DNA of 64,000 nt, the filler included, from Asterionella formosa (Eukaryota): assembly GCA_002256025.1 (NCBI GenBank). It is 16 parts of 16 records of this genome, joined end to end, with 100 filler letters (N's around TTAATTAATTAA, not from the genome) between each part and the next. Parts side by side here need not be neighbours in the genome. Positions count along the whole stretch, not along the records: positions 1 to 31,962 come from NKIB01000553.1; 15 more parts are not named here. One strand, written 5' to 3'. A model generated the notes under the pieces. It did no database searches, had not been told where the DNA came from, and saw nothing but the letters and a program-made list of their open reading frames with translations. The position numbers were made by a program, and so were the translations under genes. Within the stretch, counting starts at the first letter, position 1. Each line of letters starts with the position of its first letter. This document shows, one piece after another, positions 12,501 through 21,303 of this stretch.

Positions 12501-14445
12501 CTAGTCGGCGATAAGTTCTGAGATACCCACCGATACCTTCGGGAGTGGTGGTTTGATGAATAGAAAGGATTTCCAGCAATGTCAGGGCATTCAATTCCGA
12601 GGGCAGTGTTCCGTTGAAGGCATTTTCAGCAATTGATAATTCTGTTAGGGCTCCGAGCTTTCCGAGCTCTGACGGAATCTGGCCAGTCAGTTTATTTCCG
12701 TAGCATTCGAACCTTACCAGGGCTCCCAGGGTTCCGATCTCTGTTGGTAGGGGACCAGAAAACTTGTTATGTGACAATTCTACTTCGGTAAGGGTAGACA
12801 GTGAGAACAAGGCAACCGGAAGCATCCCTGTTAAAATATTGGATGCTAACTTGAGATTAGCAATACTGGTTTTGTCCAGTTCTTCTATATTTGCCAATGA
12901 GGTTAAGTCCGTATGGGTTAAATCCAAACTCTTCAAGTTTGTTGCTTTGGAAATTCCTGCAAACTTGAAATCAAGATTGTTGGAATTGAGATCGATTTCT
13001 CGCAATTCAGGCAATGTAAAGAGGTCGTTCGGTGGGGTATTGATCAAGTCGTTATTGTTGAGAACAATCGCAATGACCTTGTCGTCATTGTTGCAGACGA
13101 TACCGTGCCACTTGCATATATTTACCGAAGGGTCTAACCAATTGAGATCATCCTTCCAGAAACGGCCACCGCAAGCATTGTACAAGTTGATCAATACATT
13201 ACGTTCGTCAACTTCATCGTTGACAGAACAGTATGTTGCCCCAGCAAACGCGGCTCCAACGCAAGGTTCGCAGTTCTCAGTGTCGGTCTCACGACCACCT
13301 GTGGCGAAAAAACCAGGAGGACACAAAAATGCCGAACAGCCAAGGGTTTCCACCTTACCCCCCATCCAACCTCCAATGCTGCTGCAGAAATTTTCATTGA
13401 TTGCTTCGATTTCGTTGTCTTCAAGAAACAAATTCAACCTTAAAAATGCACTCAGGCTAGTAGGCACAGATCCTATCAGCTGGTTGCCCGTTAGATCCAC
13501 TTTCACTCCCTCATCTTTGGGCGCATTCTGGATAAAAAACTCTGGAATGGATCCCGTTAACATTTGATATTCCAGATAAACTTCAGTCAGTTGCGAGAGC
13601 TGGTCCAAAGCTGGTAGAGGACCTGAAATGCCTGGATCCTTGGATTGTTCAAAGTCACGTTGAAGCGAGAGTATTTCAAGATTAGTAAGCAGGTTGAGCT
13701 CTACGGGCAATGTTCCCAAGAACATATTTCGGGCCATGGCTACTACTCTGAGCTCGGTCAATAATCCGATTTGGGTTGGTATTTGACCGCCCAGTCTATT
13801 CTCGTATAAATAAAGTTCATGGAGATTCGTTAAATGACCAATCTGAGTCGGTACGCTTCCAGTGAATGCATTAAAATTGGCAAAGAGGCCTGTCAGCGCA
13901 GTCAGCGTAAATATCTGGGATGGAATGCTCCCTTTCAATTGCAAGTTGGTAATGTGCAATTCATTCAGACCAGGGGCTTTTTCGAGATTGTCGAGAGATT
14001 CAACTTGTGTGTTGCTGATAACCAAAAATCGAAGTTCTTGTGCCGACTCAATATTGTCCAATGAGACGTGAAGATCGACGTTATCCCGGAGAATCAAAGT
14101 CTTGAGGTAGGGCAAGTCAAATATTTCCTTCGGGAGACTTCCAACTAAGTGATTGTCAGACAAGTCAATCACTTCGATGCTGCCGAGACGTTGAATACCT
14201 GATGAGCCATCATAGCAGCTGATGCCGTGCCACCCACATGGATCATCCGTTTGCAACCAATTGGTGTGGTCGGTCCATCGCAAGCCTAGGGTCGCATCAT
14301 ACAAACGAAGCAGAATCTCAGTAGATGATAGGGGGGATATTTCAGGGTCCTGTGCTAATACCGGTACATGGCTGACAATGACGGCTGCCACTAAAGGCGC
14401 AAGCCAAAAGAATCGTCGGATCATTGCAGTTTTAGCTTTGTTCAT
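6574..14445 (-). CDS. Giant secreted LRR protein (~2620 aa) of seven [LRRNT cap + plant-type LRRs + Cys-rich cap] modules; probable GPI anchor
   Basis: Uninterrupted ORF; first ATG at 14445 (alternative 14424); signal-like FFWLAPLVAAVIVSHVPVLA; seven caps E..IL..LY...G..W....W.....C.W.G..C; LxxLxLxxNxLxGxIP repeats; LC.PG.F...GR...C..C motifs; C-terminal small residues then a hydrophobic tail (SAASSIPRLMSAFIVAVVGLVNIASQYY). Confidence 0.93.
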   Translation of the reverse strand: MNKAKTAMIRRFFWLAPLVAAVIVSHVPVLAQDPEISPLSSTEILLRLYDATLGLRWTDHTNWLQTDDPCGWHGISCYDGSSGIQRLGSIEVIDLSDNHLVGSLPKEIFDLPYLKTLILRDNVDLHVSLDNIESAQELRFLVISNTQVESLDNLEKAPGLNELHITNLQLKGSIPSQIFTLTALTGLFANFNAFTGSVPTQIGHLTNLHELYLYENRLGGQIPTQIGLLTELRVVAMARNMFLGTLPVELNLLTNLEILSLQRDFEQSKDPGISGPLPALDQLSQLTEVYLEYQMLTGSIPEFFIQNAPKDEGVKVDLTGNQLIGSVPTSLSAFLRLNLFLEDNEIEAINENFCSSIGGWMGGKVETLGCSAFLCPPGFFATGGRETDTENCEPCVGAAFAGATYCSVNDEVDERNVLINLYNACGGRFWKDDLNWLDPSVNICKWHGIVCNNDDKVIAIVLNNNDLINTPPNDLFTLPELREIDLNSNNLDFKFAGISKATNLKSLDLTHTDLTSLANIEELDKTSIANLKLASNILTGMLPVALFSLSTLTEVELSHNKFSGPLPTEIGTLGALVRFECYGNKLTGQIPSELGKLGALTELSIAENAFNGTLPSELNALTLLEILSIHQTTTPEGIGGYLRTYRRLGQLKILHLNSNKLTGTLPTDFLATTARSNEVIDIQLGDNLITGTVPASWGNRFNDLRLDLTGNRVTGIADELCGLENWMDGAVGDYRCDAILCPIGTYNEFGRQTAAGSSCRTCIENRVMGATSCAGEVLDQNLTEIDILSELFYNTGGNSWKDTEGWMSTTDYCNWSGILCNSDGSIIEIDLNGNRLTGTPPKSIFKLSSLTSLDLRLNQIDFIFEGIGDAANLASLFLSDTDLNSIKGIGAAKNLEILHLTDNDLTGTIPDDLFQLPKLKQVFLNYNRLSGRIPQDVAKWSNLEELYLLHNRLTGQIPAAIGSLKKLKILALTENLFTGSLPDELNDLTSIEVIAIQREEGTNSSFNPGGTDGSEIQNARQGIGLRGPLPSFNRLTNLTQLYLGVNQLTGTIPFDFLDGVVDKTQQIDVDLIANQLTGTVPASLTQFGKLALYLAGNKAISHIAEGICLQAAWMTGDVGKYGCDGFLCSPDTFSRYGREHENDACQKCPGGTKAPYYGSFDCVGDTEGAANNERAILTDLFLKTDGYNWATQTNWLDPTISICEWYGITCTSDSTESVSAIVLSRNNLNGTIPSIIFTLPNITEINFSFNTAGIDFDGIGNATNLEFMNLDGMGLTTVSGIEGVSNSLKLLHIGENNFNGTFPEDISKLSRLEALYMTKNEFSGEFPLSVTLLSNMVFFSCGNCGLYKTVPTVLGTLSSLQYLSLEENSFTGKLPAGLNNLTKLKHLDLSDQISAGPSSIGLTGNLPDFASMTSLTGLYLYRNAFTGHIPSTFLDGVTSTEQITVDLRINNLNGSIPSELSRFTNLNIFLADNEIDSIPSQLCNLTWNGAIVGSCNNILCAQKTFNSMGRATANLTCEPCDNTEYAKFYGSTQCIPVPEKEILDYMFIQLNGQDWTSSDGWRDEDNSDICKWHGVTCNGNNSVQRIVLQENSMVGTLPPSIFELKNMQVLDLRNNEIDLLNFTAIETAASLESLDLSQTKVNSLAGIGSAPALTSLRLTANDITGKIPDELFSLTMLKRLYLNYNMLTGTFPTQFGALVNLEEFFLFHNNLTGSIPSDIGKLSSVRYLGLGENRFSGVLPTELNSLTNLRVLSLQRQTGSGATGTQGLIGNILPFNNANDLRELYLGGNQFNGSIPSDFLEGITDHSETVRIDLTANKISGSIPSELSRFDDLKLFLAGNAINSIPQVLCSKGDWMDGEVQKGCDALLCFPGFFNAYGRRVSDEDPCVFCGFNSSTEFFGSVSCGTSLDMNLDERSILFNFYNDLAGKNWTKKDGWEEDKLSICKWHGISCLDDVYNKTVTKIDLSDNGLVGTVPPFLFRLPNLKTVILDNNKVDFSFEGIGLAPSLEELDAHTTNMTNLKGIAQLENLRFLSIEDNNFDGQDIPEDIFFLSKLERLHMSNSGFGGTLSTKIGQLVALKMFYCHQNGLSGEIPSQISHLSLLQDLELSNNYFFGTLPTSLNKMTALKLFYIRSYRNKGAGITGPLLSFSGLQNLRDLDLGSNTLTGSIPQDFLNGIVSSSQKINVILKSNKLTGAIPTELGRFSNLILDLADNKITEIDPSFCSQSSWNDGAVAKFSCQGILCPPGSFNDIGRQSSASDPCVPCTDVKASIYFGAIVCTPVQKKAERVILELLYQLTGGVNWKRNDHWLDHNVDICEWYGVSCSDGATIESLLLGANNLDGTVPKQIFDLPNLKYLWLYSNPITFSFDSIENAKHLVSMLLNSINLKTLDGIGKAVALLELDVRFNSIQGTLSSELEDLKELTSLSCSNNMLTGRIPSFSTNRMLNTLRLENNKLTGTLTPFASNADMLALDLSGNLLTGTIPPNFLASCHPSTKVTIDLSRNMLTGTVPGELARLTQATIYLRDNALSAIAPELCQNIDWNEGDVGAYQCNGIMCAPGFFSPGTGRTSKSGAICVACEQAKYYGASCCGNVCAVSAASSIPRLMSAFIVAVVGLVNIASQYY

Positions 14446-15639
14446 AATAACGACCAGCCACCTGCTGATGAATATGGAGCGGAGGGGGGGGCGAATACAA
14501 CAATGCGGATCTAGTTCTTGTGGATGGAGTTGGGACGTTAGCAATTGATACGATTGATGATTGCAAAACAGTGATTAAGCAAACCTGCATTGATCGTCCG
14601 GCTCCCTTGTTACATCGCCAAAAATACCTACTGGAAGGAGCAGCATTGAAGTGTCTACATAACTGAGGATCGATCCAATGCCGGAATGCATTGACATATT
14701 CTACAGCTATGAGGATCATATTCATTGTGTGCAGACGCAATTTTGTGCGTTGGCTATTGATTATTTACAGCCTAAAATGGTGATCATGCTGCAAGCTGTA
14801 CAAAATGTATGGAGTAACACATTCTCACTATTGTCCTCCTCTCGTCCTCCGGCTGAGGCTCATCCAACAGGAATGTAAATATCTTACACTCCCAGTATCG
14901 TAAGTAAGATATTGTTGAACATACCAATATCATAAGTATTTTATAGTTTGCCGGTATTTTAGAATAAGGTATATGGTCAGGTTCATTTCCTTGAAGGCTG
15001 ATAAAAATAAAAAGTTTCTGATAAACTTTCTGAAAAAACAAGTTATGATCCAAGACCTTTTATCACTTTTGTTTGTTGGTTCCCTTAGGGCACTTGTTTT
15101 TCATGAATGTGTTGATAATCTGTGAATTCATCAGCATGGCTTTTGTGGCGATTTCCTGCATATTAATTGGACATTGGGTTTTTGCAACTGTCCAACGTTA
15201 TTCTGTGATGTATGGTGGCTATATGGAACAGTAACAAAATGCTTCGTAAATGTCATCAAATGTTTTCGATGGCCCTTATTTCCATTCTGCTGGATATCAA
15301 CAATCTTCATGCAAAATAAGGAAATCATATTTCTTGTTTCCATTGATCTAAAAGGCAAATGGATTGATGACTCCATGTATGAAGCATATATTTTTGATAC
15401 ATGCTTTCATAGCCAATATGAGTGCACATCTGAGAGCTGCAATCAGAGCCAGTGAAGACCATGGTCACAAGTCATACAAGCCCAGCAACATACGGATGCT
15501 GGCTGGCTGGGCCCTGAAGAAAGTGAAACACGCAAGTTTTCAAACCCGAGTTTGCTTATCTCATGATCATCACCCATGTGTGCTATATCTTGCTGCGAGG
15601 TCAAAGAAAAATGAAAGTCCTCATACAAAAGCATCAGTG

Positions 15640-16080
15640 TATGATGGCGAAACAATCCAATGTGGCTCAGTGGCCTGCTTGTAGGAATTGGGGAAACGTT
15701 TGGATTGATGCCCAGTGGCTGCATTTCAAATTGTCCTTTGGGGATCTGCTTCGCTCAGGTTTTACTGTTATTGGAAATCCTCAGCCTCTGTATTACAAAA
15801 ATATTGCAATGCATGAACAACAAACTCAAATTATTATTTCGTTGCGAGGTTTGAATGTGACAGAGTAAGAGTCCATGGCTTCACTTTTATTGGCATGGTA
15901 TAAAGTGATCTTCACATGGATATAGGAGGGATTGTATGAAGAGGCCAAACGATTGTATCCTTTTGTCACCAACAAACTTGTTCCTGACATTGCATTTCAG
16001 CTGGACCCTTTGAGCCTGCTATGTGACCTCGAAATTACTGGTAGATAGTTGACATTGTGGTGTTCTTGAGAAAGAAACTG
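15640..16080 (+). pseudogene. Degraded polysaccharide pyruvyl transferase-like gene
   Basis: Collinear motif remnants NWGNVW, TVIGNPQPLYY and VIFTW*EGLYEEAKRLYPFVTNKLVPDIAFQL, interrupted by stops and frameshifts; recognised from memory of the family's GGNWGD, PQS and PDIAF motifs. Confidence 0.55.
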
Positions 16081-18632
16081 AGAGAGTGCAAAGATGACCA
16101 TGGAAGCATGATGGCAAGGGCTTCATCAGTGCGGGAACCGTTGAAAAAGCAGTCACGATGCTCGACAAGTACAAATTGCCATGGCGCTGCCAAGAAATAT
16201 TGATATCATATAGTGCTTCATTACAACTTTTTGCACAAAAGATGCCGAAAATGCACAATGAGTTAGTCCAGGGAATTCATGATCAAATGGTAGAATATTT
16301 TCCTAACTATATTTCAAATGACTCTTCTTGCTTGCTTACTAAAATGAAAATCGAAAAATATAAACAATTTTTGTATTATCATCGAAATCATCAGTAAATC
16401 GGGGTTGGTTTAATGACATACTGGTACTGCTGCATTTTGACTAGCAAAAAGGCGTTATATTTGCATTATAATGTCATACCTAAATGCTGTTACCCGGTGC
16501 AGTACTAATACGATGAAGGCCGAACACACCCAAGGTGGTCTCATGCCTGCGAGTACACATGTGTACGAGAAGGCATCATGTAGCCACCGAGAAGGGTTTG
16601 TTGAGGTAATTCACAAACTAGCTATCGTCGTGCCATTCGCTTACCTACTGCCCACTCATCGATTGTAAATGTCAATTTTAGCTCGCTATAGCCCAGCATC
16701 ATATAAAATATATTTCATATATTTCCTATCTTCACATCGAAATTTGCAATGGGTCCGATATTGCCCATCATTAAAATATATTTTGTATGTTTCCTATGTT
16801 CGCATTTTGGCATTACTAGAATTTGTAGTAATTGCCCCTAGTTTTCAGCCCTGAGATTGCCGAAATTGACAAGGGGTCTACTTAAGGAAACCATTTTTAT
16901 ACTCTACAGATTTTAATAATTTATATCTAGAATTCACCTCGTTTTTGTTCGTCGCCTGAAAAGTTGACTCCGGCAATTCACCTTTCACCATGCCGATCAT
17001 CATCCATCATGCCCAGTCTGAAGCGAAATTAGTTCAGTGATGACGCCAGTTACGATTCGTTGTCGAACGGATGCGGTTGGTTGTTGGTTTGCTTGTCTTC
17101 TCGCGGGGTTCATGTAGTCACATCGTCCATATTTCGTTGGACAAACCATGATATCTGTGCGTATCTGATGTTGGCGGCAAGTTTTCGTTCCGGTCATGCA
17201 TGTGATGATGCTTAACGGATATTCTACTGCTACCGGTAGTCATCTAGCCCACACCATGCATGGTTTAAGCTAAACTTTGACGTTTACTTTGAACACGTTA
17301 TAAAATTATCGCTGTAGACTTGTTTTTATCTTTACGATGGCTGAGACCAGAATCTTAAATTGTTTCGCTCACATATTGATTGATTTTACGTACTGTAGGC
17401 CTGATTTCGTCCTCACAATCATCCTTCTCACTCTATCCTGCCTGACGTTGCTCTCAGTTTGGGCTCACAACCGGAACCTTTCGACTTTCTTTTGATAGCA
17501 TCGTCTGCTGTTTGTTATGCTAGTTAGAGCGGATCGGTAAGCACAACAGTGAAACAATGAATGTGGAATGTAGAAACTAGTTGTCGAATTTCCGATTTGA
17601 TTGCTCCTTCCATGGTCCTTTTTGATTGCTTCATCGTCGTTTGTCGTTCCGCACTGTCGTTTTGTTTCGATTGTATCTAGTATCTACATAAGAACCAATG
17701 TCTTTATCGATGATTACTCTTTGAAGATTGATTTGTACAGTCATTGACCATGATGTCAATATTGCCGCCAAGCAATGCTTTTTGTACTAATGCGCTTTGC
17801 TACATTTCGACTACGAGTTTGTATCACAAGCTAAAGTAAAATATTTAGCTTGAGGGAGTCGATAGTGCTGGAGCAGCCTGGCGATCATACTCAATCAGAA
17901 TGGATTGGAATGGAATGATCAGGGCTGCTGTTTGATGGGAGGAACGACTGTGGGCGGAAGGACTGCAAGCAACTTGGGTCAGGCTAGCTACTACAGAGAT
18001 GTTCATGGTTGCAGCAACCAGATCATCTTCACTACTACATCACGATGCAGATTTCAATTGGGTTGAGCTTTTTCTTCTTATCTGTTTCATTTCGCTCTTT
18101 GATGGTGTGATGGAAAGTCATTGTTGCCTGTGTAAGTGCTACAATGCATACGTCTCCACTGAAACTGCTATTTTTTACTGTACTTCTAACCCAAAACAAT
18201 ATTTACTATTTCTCGTTTGACGCTACTTATTTCATTGTATTTCTTACTTTGGTTGTCGCTCCAAACATCATCTTCAATTTTCATTGATGTTGCATGTTAC
18301 AATCATTCTCGTGTTTTATACGCTTGTTGTTCAGTCTCTAAGTATGCATATTACCGTTGTTCTGGCTGTCATGCTAAAATGGGCAATTTTGATGCCGAAA
18401 AATTCGATGTGCCCCATATTTACCATAAATAAATTACTTAGAGCTTAAGAATTACTTAGAAGTACCCGAATGGCAAGACGATAGCTGGAGCGGGAATTGC
18501 TAATGCATGTTCGTGGCATGAAAATGAGGAATTTGTTGATTTATTCGATCGACGATTCCGCCGTGGTCAATTCACCATTTTCAGTTCAGTGATATTTTAC
18601 TAAACTTTCCACCATAAAGCAACAGAACAACC

Positions 18633-19535
18633 ATGAGCAACCTCTGGCATGCACTTCAGAAGGTCATCACGGCAAGCATCGCGCGATCGTCCGCAATGCC
18701 GGCATTGCTGTCGCCGGAACAAGGCATTGCTTTCTCGTACTTGGAGCTCGCACAAAAAGCCAAAGGGCTATCCATAGGATTACAGGAAAGGGGCGTTGGT
18801 CCTGGTAGTATCGTCGCCACTGACTTGCCTAATGTGGCGGAAGGGATACTTTTGCACTTGGCATGTGCCCGGTTGGGTGCGGCGGTTGCAACGGCGAAGG
18901 ATGCCGCAAAATTCCACCAGCTACCCTCTATTGCATGTGCTGTTTTGGCATCCAATGATTCTTGGTTGTCGCAAATGTCGTTTCTGGCACCATCTATTGG
19001 CCAGTCCGAGCTGCAGTCCATGATGACGTGTCCACTCACTGCAAGTAGTATTGACAATTCTGTCAATGATGACACCATTGATCGACCCCATGGCTATTTT
19101 GGAAGTGTAAGCCCCTTGATGCATTCGGCAGCCCTGAAGCAAGGTCAAGACATGATCCAGTACTTGAGCATAATTCCAAATGACAGGGTCTGTGTCAGCA
19201 TCACCTTGTATCACGCATTTGGCATTGGATCTGCCTGCTCAGCGGCATTGCAAGCTGGGGCTACCATTGTTCTTCCCGGAGTAGGAGGGATCCATGGATG
19301 TGGAGTCCCAAGTCAACGTGCAGAATTGACCTTGCACACGTTGGAGTCACAAAAGTGTACTTTGTTGTTTTGCGACACTCCTACGCTCAAGGCAATGGAT
19401 GATATTTTGAAACAAGAGACAGACTTGTCAGCACTACGTGGTGGAGTATGCAAGACAGGTTCAGGTACAGATATTCTTGATGAGAATGTAGAATTGAAAG
19501 GGGTAAAACTAGCAACACTTGGGAAGCGAAGCTAA
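18633..19535 (+). CDS. AMP-binding (acyl-CoA synthetase-like) protein, N-terminal part only, 300 aa
   Basis: SYLELAQKAKGLSIGLQERGVGPGSIV...LACARLGA and DRVCVSITLYHAFG resemble ANL/ACSF2-type adenylation domains; good caaccATG context; canonical TSGTTGxPK loop and C-terminal subdomain absent. Confidence 0.75.
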   Translation: MSNLWHALQKVITASIARSSAMPALLSPEQGIAFSYLELAQKAKGLSIGLQERGVGPGSIVATDLPNVAEGILLHLACARLGAAVATAKDAAKFHQLPSIACAVLASNDSWLSQMSFLAPSIGQSELQSMMTCPLTASSIDNSVNDDTIDRPHGYFGSVSPLMHSAALKQGQDMIQYLSIIPNDRVCVSITLYHAFGIGSACSAALQAGATIVLPGVGGIHGCGVPSQRAELTLHTLESQKCTLLFCDTPTLKAMDDILKQETDLSALRGGVCKTGSGTDILDENVELKGVKLATLGKRS

Positions 19536-19968
19536 ACTAAAAATTGGGCAGTCATTGACATTGAAAATATTCATTGCAGAACATTTGCTATGGTAAACAC
19601 AAATGACCCAAGTTGGTTCTGCAATTGCATTATGTGGTGTGTGGAAGGTGACTGTGGGGCCACAATGTAACCTATTTATGACAGTACCCTGAGTGCAAGC
19701 ATTAAAGCCAGTGGGCACAATTGAAAATCCTGAACCAATGATAGATGCATCTTAATTTGGCAAAGATGCCCTGCCCTGTCTAGTCGGTGCCCTGTGATAA
19801 TAATAATATGACATCATGTGTAATATTGCAAAAATCATTGTACCCAGAGGATGCATCACTACAAAATTTATCTGCTAGTAATTAAAATTAAAAGCATATT
19901 TAAGGTCAAATAAGTTATCTAAAATATTTTGCTTATGATAGTGCGATGATGATATTATTTATGAAATT

Positions 19969-20032
19969 GGGGGAACTGCTTAGTTGGTTGGTACACCTTC
20001 ATAGGTGGCAGGTTCGATTCCTGCATTCTCCA
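19969..20032 (+). ncRNA. tRNA-like element (pseudo-tRNA or tRNA-derived SINE head)
   Basis: A-box-like GCTTAGTTGG; perfect T-arm GCAGG-TTCGATT-CCTGC; acceptor-like GGGGAA/TTCTCC pairing; the anticodon arm CACCT-tcat-AGGTG has only a 4-nt loop. Confidence 0.5.
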
Positions 20033-20738
20033 CCTGTCTTTCTTTTTCATGTACTGTATTCCCCAGAATTCCAGTGTTGCGGCTAATTAATTAAAATAGA
20101 CAAGTTTCCATTTTTCTATATGGACAACTAAAACCGGTACAGATCCCCATGCACCAGCGCCCAAAGTCAGCACGATTGTTGGGATGATCCTGGGTTGTTA
20201 AGTAAGTACATAAGTACACCATGAACATCAAGGCTGGCAGCACCAGGAAGTGCTACGCGGTCTACCCTTCTAGCAAATGAGTATAGTCTTAAAGCGCTTA
20301 ATTTTGTTCAATGAAATTGCCAAAATAATTGGTGATATACTGTAAAAACTGGTGTCTCTCATCCCCCATATTCTTGTATCCCACTTTTGCACATCTGGCG
20401 CAACACTCCCAAATTTTTTATGTCTACAGAAAAAACAGGCATACTATTGTATTCTAGCTATTTGTTAATACATATTTACTATAATTGTATTATTACCAGT
20501 CACCATCATGAAACAGCAATCAACAACAACCACACGAGCGATACTAATGACATATGCGATATATCCTTGCTTGATATATAATTCAACAGTCAAAGCTGCA
20601 AGTTGCAAGCTTATTTTGGCATGATTATCAAGCTGAATGCTACAGGCTCAGGCAGTGCTGGCCTTGATGTTGTCGGCTTGCAAGAAGCGTTCAAATAATC
20701 ATTTTGTCTGCTGCTTGATGATGCAGAAATACACGTCA

Positions 20739-20870
20739 TAATTCTGTTCCAATACTCATATACCAGTGCTAAGTGATGTGGTTGGCTCATCTCAATTTGT
20801 ATCACGATCTAAGTCGTAGAACCTACATAAATTATTACCATTGTAGGATTAGCTAGGTACAAATATGTAG
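20739..20870 (+). repeat. Dispersed ~130-bp repeat, second copy at 44890-45009
   Basis: Alignable by eye: taattctg.tccaata.tcatat...aagtgatgtg...tctcaattt.tatcac...aacctaca.aaattattacc.ttgtaggattag...gtacaaat.tgtag. Confidence 0.8.
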
Positions 20871-21303
20871 ACACTCTAAGAATTACTGTTGGTGCCATCA
20901 TGAAAAATTGGCGTTCCAGTGCACCAAAAATAGAAATTCTTTTTATCATAGAAACCGTTTGAACCTACAACAAGATGATATCTTTAAATGTTGCTATTTC
21001 TGTTTTTAGACTATGTAGAAAACAAGTGCTGACATTGGTTTTTTCATAATGTTTGACGATCAAAAAAGGTCCAATGTCTTGTACTCCCCTCTAAGTAAGC
21101 AAATCAGTCATTGCTGTACAAGGCAGACACCAGGTTTTATGGTACCATCCTTCATTTCCAAATGAATTTTCTTTTCTACAAATTTCTTTAATTTTCCATC
21201 AAAAGTGGTCTCAAATCCTTTAAACACTGCTCGCAATTTCATTGCTTGACTGTAATTCGACAATACTTAACTTCCTTAATCTCTCCAGATTACATCTCCT
21301 CTA

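Noticed and set aside
6992..14548. Many plus-strand ORFs over the giant LRR gene, and similar antisense ORFs over other genes
   Set aside because: Shadow ORFs caused by codon bias of the real opposite-strand CDS
19857..19866. CACTACAAAA resembling a plant CACTA terminus
   Set aside because: No matching inverted end found on the scaffold; probably chance
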